A stretch of DNA of 64,000 nucleotides from a virus (Duplodnaviria > Caudoviricetes). Of this stretch, positions 1 to 12,300 are shown one piece after another. Every line of letters starts with the position of its first letter. Within the stretch, counting starts at the first letter, position 1. The stretch is taken from IMG/VR virus record IMGVR_UViG_3300047476_000928, positions 1,915 to 65,914 of that record. One strand, written 5' to 3'. A model generated the notes under the pieces. The model ran no database searches, had not been told where the DNA came from, and saw nothing but the letters and a program-made list of their open reading frames with translations. The translations under genes were made by a program, and so were the position numbers.

Positions 1-2
1 GT

Positions 3-224
3 TCTTCTGCTAACGTAGTTACACCTTATGCTACTGATGTCATTATTAAGTATATTGAAATGAAAGCATTGAAGGCTGAGGGAGCTGCAGTTGGTGCGCA
101 ACAGTTAGCTGAAATGGCTTACAATAATGCAAAACGAGTATTCCGCTCACGCATGAATGCAACAGACTATGCTACTATTTTAGGTCAGATTAGAAATGGT
201 ATTTACGGTAGCTTAAAGAACTAA
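3..224 (+). CDS. 3' end of a virion neck/tail ring protein (partial)
   Basis: Open frame from the window edge ending ...AYNNAKRVFRSRM...GSLKN*, directly upstream of the tail stabilization gene. Confidence 0.55.
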   Translation, partial: SSANVVTPYATDVIIKYIEMKALKAEGAAVGAQQLAEMAYNNAKRVFRSRMNATDYATILGQIRNGIYGSLKN

Positions 225-256
225 CAATTAACAAGGCTCATTTTAACAATTAACAA

Positions 257-3200
257 ATGGCGAAGGTAACTCTCAGAGCATCAGGAGGTTTGAACGTAGA
301 CGTAAGCCCGAATAATTTACAAGAAGGGGATTATGTTGATGCTTCGAATATTATATTTGATACAGGTAAAGATGGTGGAGCTGGAGCTGTTCGTATGCTT
401 GAGTCTATTAAGACAACAGGCATATCATTTACTGAGACTGTAGTTAGGAGCTTTCAAAATTATGATGGCAAGATATATGTATTAGTAAATGGCGGCACAA
501 CTGCTTCTATTTATGAGCTACCAAATCCTGTTTCATCTACTACTAAGACATTAGTTCTTACATATACACATGGAATCACAACTGATTTCGTGCCAGATAT
601 TAAAGTAATCGGCACTACAATAGTGTGGAACTATGCAGAGTCTGGAACTATCCTTTCTTACCCACTCACAAGAGGTTATGGTACAACACCTACATTAGAC
701 GACTTAAAGATTCAAAAGAAGACGCCTAATAATGTTGTATCTATTGTTAAGAGCACAACAGGAACTGTTAGTGGATTTTTAGAGGCAAATGACTTTCAAT
801 TTGCATCTCGCTATCAATATGATTCAGGCGAGTTTTCTGTGCTATCTAATTACTCTCAAATGTACAAAGGAGAGAAAGGTACGACAGCATACACGTTTAC
901 ATTTAATTTCACGGGAGCTCCAACTTATGTTTCTACGTTAGAAACTTATGTGCGAATCGGTAGCAATGGTACTTGGCGCAGAATGGATACTCGTGCCAAG
1001 AATGACACTACAGCATTAAATTGGACTGGAGATATATACGAGAGCTTAGATTCACTATCATCGGCAAAACCATTTGATGCGGTACCATTAAATGCTGCGC
1101 ATATTGAAATCGCACAAAACAGAATCTTCTTAGCTAATATCAAAGACGATTACGATATTGATAAGGTTAACACTGTAGATAAGATTACAATTTCAGTAGC
1201 AAGTGGCAATGGGTATGAATTAGGCTCAGGAGACTATACAAGTTATTTAGGAGCTTCAAAAGATTCTACTAGCTCAGAAACAGGTACATATTATAAGCCT
1301 TTTGCAAACAACTCTACATACGGCATTGGTATTGCATTCTATGATGATGCATTAAAAACCCGCGGAGTAGAAAAGTATCAGAAGTTCACTACTGGCAAGT
1401 TTGCTTATCCTATTTTACCTACAATCAATATTCAGTTAGCTTCTGGATGGGTAGCCCCATCTTGGGCAAAGTATGCACAACTAGTATATACTAAGAATAT
1501 ATCTAAATCTTATGTTTACGAAGGATTTGCAAGTAGCATATTCTTTGAGATGAACGATAAGACTATTGCTCAAAGTTTAACAAAGGACCAACTCAAAGAT
1601 GTTAACTATTTGGTAGTTGACCTTATGGGTATGTTTAAGGCTGGTAAATTGTACACGTTTGTAGAAAACGACAAAATATCAATTAACACCCCTAACGGTG
1701 TATTAGATTTAAACGTATCTCAGCAATTCAACAACTTTGTGTACTGCAAGTATTCTGGAGGCGAGATGACTAATCCATTGGTTCCCAATCCAAGTTTATT
1801 GTATTTCGAGATTTACTCTCCTAAAGCAGAAACAGAGGAAGAATCTTTGTTATTCTATGAATATGGTAGCTTAATGCCAATTGCAGGTTGGACCGCATCT
1901 TCTACTATTGCAGTATCTGGAGGGGGTACTATTAATACAAATAAGCTTATTGGAGATATGGTGTTTAGTAAGATAAGTGTACCCACTTATTCTACATCGC
2001 CATTTATCATTAGCTTAGTTAAAGATTCAGCAGGTACAATCTTAGAAGATGTCGTAGTAGCAAACGATTGCGCAATGACATCTGAAACACTTACTGCATA
2101 TTATAGCTCTTCGAGTAATACTAAGTTTAATCAAAAGTCAGAATTATCCCCTACGTTTAGTAGCACATTTGCAACAAACGACGATTCAACAGGAGCTGTT
2201 GTTGACGGAAATTCTGCTATTAAATTCAGTGGTTCATTTGAGGCTGGCTTACAAGAGGTTGGAGTTAATAAGATTACATTAATGTTTGACCTACAGGTTA
2301 CTGAGAACATTACATTACTATCAGTACCTAATCCAAACGCAAGTGTTAATTATAGAGTTTACGCGCAAGTATATAAGGTTCCATTTGATTTTGCTGCTAA
2401 TACATATTTAAAGGCAGCTAAATTTGGCTCAGAGTATTTATGTATTGATAAGTATGTTCGCTCTTTTGGAACTCCAGCAACAGTTACATACACTGTTGAC
2501 CCGTATTACATTGAGTTATCATCTCAAGCTAATATCAATCCAAAGGATAAATTTTATATTGTACTGCGCTTAGAGACGGCTGTAACAGGAGATGTTCAGA
2601 CATCTAACATTACAGTAGCTAAAAGAGCCGCCGGCAGTTACGGGGTTTCATTTAGGTTTGTTGGCGATAAGCTTCCTGTTAAAGAGAAGACTATCTACAA
2701 TCCAGATACCAAGATGAATACTACCGATTCTAAGTTTATAATTCGGAGTATATCTAACGCCACTGCAAATCAGCAATGGAACACATCTGCCGGCAAAGCA
2801 TCACTTAAATCAATAGATACTGTATCTGCTAGAAGAACAAACGCTATACGATATTCTGGTAGCTACATTGCTGGTACAAAGGTAAACTCAATAAACTCAT
2901 TCTTTGCGCTAGACAGTAACGAAGTACCTATTGAGAACGGAGAGATTGTATCACTACAAAGAGCTTCAAGACTACAAGGAAACGGAGCAATGTTGTTGGC
3001 TTTATGTAAGCGTGAAACGTCTTATGTGTTCTTGGGAGAACAACAATTGACTCAAGGTAATAACGCATCAATACGAGCTCTTACCGCTAACATGATTGGT
3101 ACAATCCGTAATATGGGTTCTAATCTAGGATTACAAGATAAGATATCTGTAATGAATTACAAGGGTACAATCTGGTGGTGGGATGACTTTAATAAGAAGG

Positions 3201-3916
3201 TATGTAAGTACACAGAAAACGGAATTGAGATTCCTAGTGATATGGGATTGCGTTCTTATTTTTTAGCAAAAGGAGGAGACGGTAATAGTGCTAGATTTGC
3301 GTATGACCCATTCTATAATATGTGCTTTATTGGATTTACATCAGATGGCACATCAGCTGGCTTCTCAGATAATCTTAAAAGATGGATATCATTCTACTCT
3401 TTTAGAACAGGTCATTCCGAGAGCTACGGAGATAAGATGATTTTGTTTAAGGATAATGTAGTTTACAAGTCCCTACAGGGCAACAAAAATGACTACAATT
3501 CATTCTTTGGCACATCATACAATTCTACTATATCATTTGTAATGAATACCAGATACCCAGTAAATCCTCTCAACATTGCTGTTTGGCACGAGATGAATGT
3601 TATCAACTGGGCAAAAGCGGCAGACCCAAGCGGAGAGAAGAATTACGTAAAGGATGGGTTGCTTCAAATAAACATAACAAATGAAAACAATCAAGCTACA
3701 CAGATATTGGAATCTAACTTCATTGTAGAGGATAATAGATTGTACGCTCACGTTATGAGAGATACAAATACTCCAAATGTAGATAATCCGCTAATTCAAG
3801 GAGATTACATTGTTGGGTATCTAAATAAATTTGTTGTAACTTTAAAGGACAAAACTCAAAGCATGCGAGTAAATTCAATTGATGTTGAGGTAAGTCCAGT
3901 TTCAGGACATTCTTAA
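257..3916 (+). CDS. Tail stabilization/nozzle protein (P22 gp10-like, crAss muzzle-like)
   Basis: 1219 aa; N-terminal GGLNVD..P...Y.DA.NI, NRIFLAN motif, beta-propeller-like C-terminus (WWWDD, FAYDP, WISFYSF); precedes cargo genes. Confidence 0.7.
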   Translation: MAKVTLRASGGLNVDVSPNNLQEGDYVDASNIIFDTGKDGGAGAVRMLESIKTTGISFTETVVRSFQNYDGKIYVLVNGGTTASIYELPNPVSSTTKTLVLTYTHGITTDFVPDIKVIGTTIVWNYAESGTILSYPLTRGYGTTPTLDDLKIQKKTPNNVVSIVKSTTGTVSGFLEANDFQFASRYQYDSGEFSVLSNYSQMYKGEKGTTAYTFTFNFTGAPTYVSTLETYVRIGSNGTWRRMDTRAKNDTTALNWTGDIYESLDSLSSAKPFDAVPLNAAHIEIAQNRIFLANIKDDYDIDKVNTVDKITISVASGNGYELGSGDYTSYLGASKDSTSSETGTYYKPFANNSTYGIGIAFYDDALKTRGVEKYQKFTTGKFAYPILPTINIQLASGWVAPSWAKYAQLVYTKNISKSYVYEGFASSIFFEMNDKTIAQSLTKDQLKDVNYLVVDLMGMFKAGKLYTFVENDKISINTPNGVLDLNVSQQFNNFVYCKYSGGEMTNPLVPNPSLLYFEIYSPKAETEEESLLFYEYGSLMPIAGWTASSTIAVSGGGTINTNKLIGDMVFSKISVPTYSTSPFIISLVKDSAGTILEDVVVANDCAMTSETLTAYYSSSSNTKFNQKSELSPTFSSTFATNDDSTGAVVDGNSAIKFSGSFEAGLQEVGVNKITLMFDLQVTENITLLSVPNPNASVNYRVYAQVYKVPFDFAANTYLKAAKFGSEYLCIDKYVRSFGTPATVTYTVDPYYIELSSQANINPKDKFYIVLRLETAVTGDVQTSNITVAKRAAGSYGVSFRFVGDKLPVKEKTIYNPDTKMNTTDSKFIIRSISNATANQQWNTSAGKASLKSIDTVSARRTNAIRYSGSYIAGTKVNSINSFFALDSNEVPIENGEIVSLQRASRLQGNGAMLLALCKRETSYVFLGEQQLTQGNNASIRALTANMIGTIRNMGSNLGLQDKISVMNYKGTIWWWDDFNKKVCKYTENGIEIPSDMGLRSYFLAKGGDGNSARFAYDPFYNMCFIGFTSDGTSAGFSDNLKRWISFYSFRTGHSESYGDKMILFKDNVVYKSLQGNKNDYNSFFGTSYNSTISFVMNTRYPVNPLNIAVWHEMNVINWAKAADPSGEKNYVKDGLLQINITNENNQATQILESNFIVEDNRLYAHVMRDTNTPNVDNPLIQGDYIVGYLNKFVVTLKDKTQSMRVNSIDVEVSPVSGHS

Positions 3917-3927
3917 TAATTAATAAA

Positions 3928-4794
3928 ATGGGCAAAGGCTTATTAGAATTTTTCAAAAGTGGAGCAGCGGGCGCAGATAGTGGTATCTTATCAAAAATAT
4001 CTGGCGCAATGGATACGTATGCTAATCCAATTGGCGTTGGTCTTCAAGTTATTGGAGGAGTAGGCAAGATGATTGGTGCTAGCCGCCAAAAAGCCGAAGC
4101 TGAAGCTCAATTAGAGAGAGCTAAGGCATTTGGTATATCTCAAAAAGATAAGCTAACTAAAGGCTATTCTGGGCTTCTTAATCAGGCAAATGCGTTAGAA
4201 ACCTATAAGGGCGACCTTAGTGGATACACAAAGGCTGAGCAGCAAGCTGAAATGAATAAGCGTAACGCTTTATCAGGAAGAAGTGCGTCAGAAGCTATCG
4301 CTCAAGAACAAGCTGCTAAAACATCTGCTAATGCATTAGCTGCTGGTCGATTAGGCGCTAAATCTGGAACCGACTTAATGACTCTTGCTATGCTTACGCA
4401 AAGCGGAGAAAACGAGCAAATGCAAAACATTGCAGCAAACGCTGACCAACAACGTATGCAAATGAGATTACAAGCTGAAAGCAACCTATTAAATACATTA
4501 GGGCAAACAGCTGCCGCTCAAACACAAATTGGTCAAGCAGAGTTTCAATCTCGTTTAGGTAAGCAAAATGCTATCTTAGGATTAGGTCAAAGTCAATTAG
4601 GCGCCGAGATGGATTTAGCTCAAAATACATTTGCCCAAGAACAAGCCGCTTCAGCAGCTATTGCCAACGCATCAGCAGCTATGTGGGGTGGTGGTGCAGA
4701 TGTACTTAGCTCAATCGGAACAGGATTAACAGGTTATGCTGCGCAAGAAAAGCAAATGCAGAATTATTTAAGAATGAGAGGCGCAATGGCGTAA
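3928..4794 (+). CDS. Ejected internal virion protein (DNA pilot-like)
   Basis: Ala/Gln/Gly-rich helical protein with Gly-rich hydrophobic N-terminal segment, first of three cargo genes after the nozzle. Confidence 0.6.
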   Translation: MGKGLLEFFKSGAAGADSGILSKISGAMDTYANPIGVGLQVIGGVGKMIGASRQKAEAEAQLERAKAFGISQKDKLTKGYSGLLNQANALETYKGDLSGYTKAEQQAEMNKRNALSGRSASEAIAQEQAAKTSANALAAGRLGAKSGTDLMTLAMLTQSGENEQMQNIAANADQQRMQMRLQAESNLLNTLGQTAAAQTQIGQAEFQSRLGKQNAILGLGQSQLGAEMDLAQNTFAQEQAASAAIANASAAMWGGGADVLSSIGTGLTGYAAQEKQMQNYLRMRGAMA

Positions 4795-4831
4795 TCATAT
4801 AAAGACACAGCACAATTACAATAACAATACA

Positions 4832-6325
4832 ATGGCTCAAAATTCATTTGTTTACGACCCATCTGCTAGCATTAAAGAAGGCTTTAAAGATATTTCAACA
4901 AATATCGGCTCGGCATTCTCTAATATTATTGCACAAAAGCAACAAGACTTAGCTTTAGCAGATAAGGTATTTCAAAACTTAGATGCTATCAAAGAGGAGA
5001 CAGCGGCTATTGGTTCACAAAGAATCAATCAGGCTATTAAAGGATTGACAGCTGCTGCACCAAATGCTATGTTTAAAGATGGCAAAATTGACTATGAGGG
5101 GATGGGTAAAATTATGAGCGGTGTTAGTCAAGTAAAAACGCTTAAAAACTGGTGGTCGCAAGTAGGCGAGCTTAAAAAGCAGGCATTACAACTAGGAACA
5201 GCTAGTGTTAAGGATATGACCAATTTCTCTTCTTATGTATCTCAGATTGACCCATTAATCGCAGAGAATGAAGGTGGTAGCCTTGATGACTTAAAAAAGA
5301 AGTTATCATCATTGTTTGATAGCCATTTAGACTATACAAACATGGCTAGAGAAAAGGTTACTTCACTTTTCCCAGCAGACAAATACGTTGGCGAAATGGA
5401 GAATGAAAAGAAAGGTATTACAGAGTATTCGTTTACAGGACCAAAGGGTCTATTAGAGTTTAACAAAAAGACATTAAAGCCTGAATTAGCGGCACCAACA
5501 ATCTTAACTGACCCTGCGACTAATAAACCAATTTTAGATGCAAATGGTAAGCCTCAATTAGTATCAACTTTAGACAAAGTAAAAGGGGCACTAACACAAG
5601 GAGACCCTGCATTCTTTGATAAATATCGCAATCATTTTGGGTTATCAAAGGCATTGGTTCCAGATGATGTTGTCGCAAAGCAGGTATTAGAATCATTTGC
5701 TACCGCTCCTGCATTTAAAGAGACAAAATCTTTTGAGAAAATTCAAACTGAAAAGAATGAGTTAAAGACATCTACTGTTCAAGCTGAAAATATTGAAACA
5801 ATAACAAAGCTTAAAATTCAAGAGATGCAAGCTAGCATCAAATCGTCATTAGAAAGAGCTGGTTATTATAAATCTAAAAAAGAAGGAGTAGGGGCTGGCG
5901 GTAATATGCCAAAAGGAGCGGTTATTCCTCGTGTTACAGAGAAAGACAAAAACGGAAGCAGACATGTTAGCTTGACTTCTCCTGTAACAATTACAGCTAC
6001 AGGCTCATATAAATACACTGCAAACTGGGATAAGAAGCCTGTTAATTTTGAGGTATCTAGAATTACGGTTGATGCCAAAGGAAGAATTTTTGCCAAAGGA
6101 AGTGTTAAAACTGGCGCAATGGGCTCAAAAGGAGAAGTTAAAAATATTATGCTATCTAATTCTGATTACGAGGACTTCTTATCAAAATTGGGTGGCATGT
6201 CTGATGCAGAAAGATATTCAAATGCATATACGCTTAAAAATGGACTTGGACTACCTAATGTTCCTCCAACATACTTAAAATTACCACAGGATAGCACTCC
6301 TGATAATGACTGGGAAGTTCAATAA
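4832..6325 (+). CDS. Internal virion/ejection protein
   Basis: 497-aa helical protein between the pilot and the giant cargo gene. Confidence 0.5.
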   Translation: MAQNSFVYDPSASIKEGFKDISTNIGSAFSNIIAQKQQDLALADKVFQNLDAIKEETAAIGSQRINQAIKGLTAAAPNAMFKDGKIDYEGMGKIMSGVSQVKTLKNWWSQVGELKKQALQLGTASVKDMTNFSSYVSQIDPLIAENEGGSLDDLKKKLSSLFDSHLDYTNMAREKVTSLFPADKYVGEMENEKKGITEYSFTGPKGLLEFNKKTLKPELAAPTILTDPATNKPILDANGKPQLVSTLDKVKGALTQGDPAFFDKYRNHFGLSKALVPDDVVAKQVLESFATAPAFKETKSFEKIQTEKNELKTSTVQAENIETITKLKIQEMQASIKSSLERAGYYKSKKEGVGAGGNMPKGAVIPRVTEKDKNGSRHVSLTSPVTITATGSYKYTANWDKKPVNFEVSRITVDAKGRIFAKGSVKTGAMGSKGEVKNIMLSNSDYEDFLSKLGGMSDAERYSNAYTLKNGLGLPNVPPTYLKLPQDSTPDNDWEVQ

Positions 6326-6360
6326 TTTAGTATCTTTACAAAACACTATACTTATAAGTA

Positions 6361-9300
6361 ATGGCTAAAAATCGGCTTGTAAAAAATAAAAAGACTGGTC
6401 AATACGGAGTTTACAATCCGTTCAATGACACAGTAACACCAATTACATCTGATATGTCTCTAGTTAAGAATACTAGAGGTCAATATGGATTCAAGAAAGG
6501 TAATGAAATTTTTAGTATAGATGAGATGCCTGAAAGCGTTAATCTAGAGGAAACTTTTAAAAAAAAAGTCGATACGGTATCATCTTCCGCGACAAGTTCT
6601 ACGGATTCTACATCTGATTTCTATAAACCAGTAGGCGTAGAAGCGGTTGATACAAAAGAACCTAAAAAGCAAATAGAAGCTAAGCAAGCTGCTAAACAAG
6701 AGGAAAGCCAAAGATACATTGATATATTTGGCTTAACTCGTTTAGACTATTCTGGTCTACAGAATTATGGTTCATTAGGGGAACTAGCCGCAGACGCATT
6801 AGACGTTCCTGCTAACCTTAGCAAGGCGTTTGTTCGTGGCGTATCTAATGGTAGAATCAATCAAGCCATTATGGATTATGCCAAGGATGGCGAAACTATG
6901 GACTCTGATTTAATTGCAAGGTTAATCAAAGAGAACAAGACAAAGACAGGCTCCACCTACTTAAAGACATTGCAGGAGAAGGGTGTATTGCAGACAGATG
7001 ATTTATCAGCTGTTGGTGGTATTGCGGAGACTATCATGGAATCCATGGGTAGCATGTTGGGTACTGTAAAGGCTGGATTTCAAGGAGCTATCGTAGGAGG
7101 TTCTACTGGTCTAGCAACTGGTGCAGCAGCCACTTCAATCGGAGGACCCGTAGGTGCAGCCTTAGGAGCTGTTGGTGGAGCAACAGGTGGAGCAGTTTCA
7201 GGTTTCGCAGGATTTACGTCATACGCTAACGAATACGGAAGTACAATCGTACAGGCTCTTACAGAAAAAGGCTACGACTTAACTGATAAAAACTCAGTAG
7301 AAAAAGGGCTTAAAGATAAGTCTGTAATGGACTCCGCCAAAGAGAAAGCAAACACAAGAGGTTTGACTGTTGGAGCATTTGATGCAATCACAGCGGGTTT
7401 AGCAGGTAAAGGAGCTAAATTAGCTGTCAATATTGCTCGTGGTTCAGCTGCGAAAGTAGGTAAAGAATTAACTAAAGCAGGTGTTAAAAGAATTGCTGGA
7501 GCTACAGCTCTTGGTATCGAATCCACAATGGGTTCTGTCGGAGAGGCAATGGGTCAATTGGCTACCGAAGGAAAGATTACCGACTACGATGCTGTTGCAT
7601 TAGAAGGTATTGCTGAAATCGGTAATGCGGGACCATCTACTGCATTTGCAATGTATAAATCAGGTCAGATTAACAGCGACCTTAATCAAGAGAATCAAGC
7701 TAAAATCGAATCTTTAAAGAAAGCTAAGGAAGCAATTCCTGCTGACAATGAGGCTTCTTTAAATGCTATTGATAACAAGATTTCTGCATTAGAGAAAGAG
7801 AATAAGAATCGCAACAAGGCAATGACTTCTGCGCTTCAAGTAGCTCCTGTGCCAGCAACTAAACGTGTGATTGAGTTAACAGACTCTATCCTAGAATTAG
7901 AAGCTACATTAGAGGCAATTAAAGACGGCTCTCGTACAGACGTTTCTCAAGAAGCCAAGAAGGCAATGTGGGATTCGTTAAACGATATGATTGCTGAGCG
8001 CGATGAAATTCGCCAAGAGATGTTGAAGGCATCTGAGACTGAAGCTAAATTAGCAGCAGCTCCTGAGAAGCCAATGATTCCTGTTGTGAATATTAAACCA
8101 GTAGGACAGCAAGCTAAAGAGGGGGAAGTATTACCTTCTCCTGTTCCACAAAACAATGCAACGCAGTTGGCTAAAGACACCCCATTAGAGGTTAAAAAGG
8201 TTGAAGAACCAGTAATGTTCTCTACCAAGTTTGATGACGAAAAATCATTAAAGCAAGGTACTGCATACAAGGTGTCTCAAGGAGAGAACAACTTTGGGAC
8301 AATCATTGAGCACGACAATAATGGAGAGAAAGAATTTGTCTTAGCGGAAACTGGCAAGAAGTATTCATCATTAGATGATGCTAAGTTTGCATTACAAGAG
8401 AAGCTAACTGGAGAGCGTGTGTCTGAAATGGACCGTGTAGGAATTGACCGTATTAAGGTTGAGGGTAATCTTGCTAACAAGCCAATATTTATTGGAGACC
8501 CTGCAAATAACAACCAGCTTGACATGGAATCAAAGGGAGCTATACAGAAAGCTGTTAGAGCCCTTAGAAGCGTTAGTAATGCTAATGTGTATTTGTATGG
8601 CAATGCAGCTGATTACGCAAAAGGTATAGCGCATGCAACAGGTCAAACTGCAAGCGATGTAGCTAATCAGGCTGGCAAATCTAACGCTCAAGTAGTTGAT
8701 GCTAACGGAGAAAACAGTATCCACATTAACTTGGAGAAAGCAGACGTTACAAGTCTTTCGCACGAAGTATTCCACGGAGCATTATTAGGTCTTGCTAAAA
8801 AAGACCCTAACGCATTTATTACGATGCGTGATAAGATTCTTGATAGAATCAGTGAGAAGCAATCGTTAATGGTTACTAATCCAGACGGCACCAAAGCAAA
8901 GGTTTCTGCTAAGGAATACTTATTAGATTTTCAAAAAAGATACAGCGGTCCCGAATATACAGAAGCTGACAGAGCAGAGGAGTTCTTGTCAGAACTTGCT
9001 GGGTTAATGAGCTTAGAGGATAATAATGTAGTTAAGGATAAAACCCTATTAGAGTCTATTAAGCTTACTATTAAGGATGTATTGAAGAAATTCAATGTCG
9101 AATTTGATTCGCTTAATGAGCTTCAGGAAACAGAAGATTTGGTTCAGTTCTTTAAGGATTTTAACCGTTCTGTAAAGACTGGAGAGTCTATTAATTTAAG
9201 CAGAGTTCAAGGTATTCAAGGAGTTGCTCCAACGGCTGCTCAACCTGCTACACAGCCTACTGCTCAAGTGCAACCTTCAATTCCTGCCACCAAATTTAAG

Positions 9301-12300
9301 GAAACGAAATCAGGTGGACAAGAAAGCGAATTAGTGCCATTGTTGACAATAAAGCGCGAGGAAAACTTTAAGCTATCTGATGAGGTAATATATGGTAAAA
9401 CTAAGATAGATAAGAAAGGTAACGCTACGACGGAATTTTATACCAAGTTTAGCGAAGACAAAATACCTGTAAGCGGAAAGACTATATACTACGATAACGA
9501 AAACAACAAATTTAACCAATATAGAAAAGGTAAAACAGGTCAAAATGGAGAAGGAGGAAAGTCGTTAAGTGATTTTGAAAATGATTATGGTATTCCGTTT
9601 GATGAAGTGCTAAAAGGATTAGGCATAAAGCTTAAAGACAACGAAGAGGTATTAAATTTCAGAGTTGATAAGGAGTCAATTGAAATGCACCCTGTATCAG
9701 GAAAATTGAAAAAAGTGCACGGAAAGGTAGCTATTATACCTAAAGGCACTAATGGGATGAAATCAAAAGATACATATATTAGCTATTACACACCAAAACT
9801 AAAATACACAGATGCCATTACAGGAATTTCAACCGCTCAACCTGAAGCAGGAGCCGTTAAAGAAAGCGCTACAACAAGACCTGAAGGAGCGAAAAAGAAA
9901 GAGCCTATTGCTAAGGTTATTTCAAGAGCTGCAGACAAGGCGCAAGAATCAGTAAAAAAGACTAAGGGTAATAGAAAGCCTATCTCTGAAAGAGTTCCAA
10001 AGGTAGAAGGTATTATCGGTCAAGCTTTAAGAATTGAGCCAGCATCTGCTTACGACCTTGCTTTACAATACTTTATCGGAGGGGGTAGAGTTTTAAGGGG
10101 CAAAGTAACAAATGGCTCAAAGCCAGACCCCCATACATTAATTACCTTGTTTACAAGACCTAGACAAGGGTATTATGTTGCATCAGAAAAAGAGATGGCT
10201 AGCCGTGGATTTTTAACAAAGAAAGACGGATTACTAATAACAGAGATTGCGCATAAGTTATGGGAAAGCCAAGCTAATGAATACCTTGGATTGGAGGAAT
10301 CAGAAATGCGAAGCGCAGTTGAAGCTGTATTGCTTGACCATACTACTACATCTAGTATGGCAAAAGATATTATTTCTAGACATGGCAATCCTGAGCAACG
10401 AGCGCTTATCAGCGGAGCGAATGATATGCCGGGTCTTAGTGAATATGAAATGTTTGTAGCTGGTCAAATAGCTAATGAATTTGGAGTATCCGTTGAAGAG
10501 GTTATTGAAAACCCAGAAAAGTTTGTTAATAAGGATGAACTAGAAGGTATGCAAGAAGATATGCTTACTGCATTCCAAATTCTTGATGAGCTTCAAGACG
10601 ACGAGGCAATCAAAGAATATCTAGGCATATCTGCACCAGAAGACCTTTTCTTGGACGAATTGGTAGCAGAAGCTGCTAAGCCAGAGAAGACGCTTCAGGA
10701 GAAGAAAGCTGACCTTGAAAAGCAGATAAAAGCTAAGAAGAAAGAATTAGCTGCAGCTAATAAGACTAAAAAGGAGATGGGTGGCATTGGTCAAACATCT
10801 CTGGTTGAAGGAGTACAAACTACTATTGTTGCTCCTGATACAATGAAGCTTTATGAAAAGATTAGAAACTTAAAAGGGGAAATTGAAGACCTTAATAGTC
10901 AATTAGGAAAAATTGAATCAGCTATTGAATTTAAGGAGCGCAAGACAATAGATGCTTTTGCAGATGTTGTCGAGCAGAAGGTAGAAGAAAATGCACCTGA
11001 AGTTGCTCCATCAAATGAGGAGGATAAGCCACAATGGCTTATTGAGCAAGATGCAGAATATGCATTAAGAGATAAGGAGGACCTTGAGTTAATGAGACTT
11101 AGTGATGAAGTTTATTACGCTAAGCAGCAAATTGCTGGAGATAGGGATACAGATGTTGCCATTAAGAACTACAATGAAGTAAAAGCTAAAAGAGATGCTT
11201 ACGAGAGTGCGGTAAATAAAAGAAGACAGGACAGGGAAGATGCAATAGATATTCAGTCGCTAATTGATGACGAAATTAATAATAGCGAGAATCCAAAATA
11301 TGAATATGCGGAAGACTTTAAAAAGAGTCCACTATTAGCCGCATATAAGCATGCGCAAGACCTGCTTGAATATATTTCTAGTAGCGATTATGTAGAATAT
11401 CAAGTTAAAACAGGATACCAAACCAGAGAGCAGGCTATAAAGGACCAAGAAAATGGCATAGCCAATTGGGGAAAAAGAGTCTTTTTACTGGAGACCGCTA
11501 TTGTTAAGGAATCTATGGCGGAGCAGGCTGCTAAAACAGAACCTGCTAAAGCGGAGCTATCTAAAAAAGAAAAAGAAATAAAATCTCTTGAGGAGGAAAT
11601 CAGACAATATGAGCTTGAAATCGAAGATGCCACAGAAGAGATTGAGAACACTAATTACAATTATCGTGAAGCAGTAGATGAGATTAAGGCTGAGAAGAAA
11701 GAACTTGCTGCTTCTTCATTAGATAGAGAGACAAAAGCTGAGCAAAGAGAAGAATTGGACGCTAGGTTAGAAGATGTAGCTGACGAAAGAGATACCTATA
11801 TCGAACAATATAAGGACACTATTGCTGAAGCAAAAAAAGAGATTAAGGCTTTACAGAAGAAGATTGACAAATTATCTGTTAGGCAAAAATTCCAATTATC
11901 GGGCGACAAAGTAGAGGTGTTAAATAAATCTGGCATTGCAAATATCTTTACATCCAATCCTAGCCTTAGCAAGATTGGCACTCAGGAGCAGTATAAAAAA
12001 TACATCAGTTCTATATTCCCCGAAAGCCTCATAGATAACATAGTATGGAGAGCCCAAAATGATAAGGGTCTTAGAAGGCACGCTGGAGTATATTTCTCAG
12101 CATACAAATCTTATGCAGATAATTACGGTAAAGCATATAATGTGCCTACAAAGCCGTTTATGTTGGATATGAAAAATCCAAAGGATTTATTTATTCATCA
12201 CAAAGAGAGTAAAAGATTTGCAGAAAATATTGTTGATGACGTAAAAATTAGATTTGATGAAATTCCACCTAATGATATTGCTTTGTTAAAAAGCAAAGGG

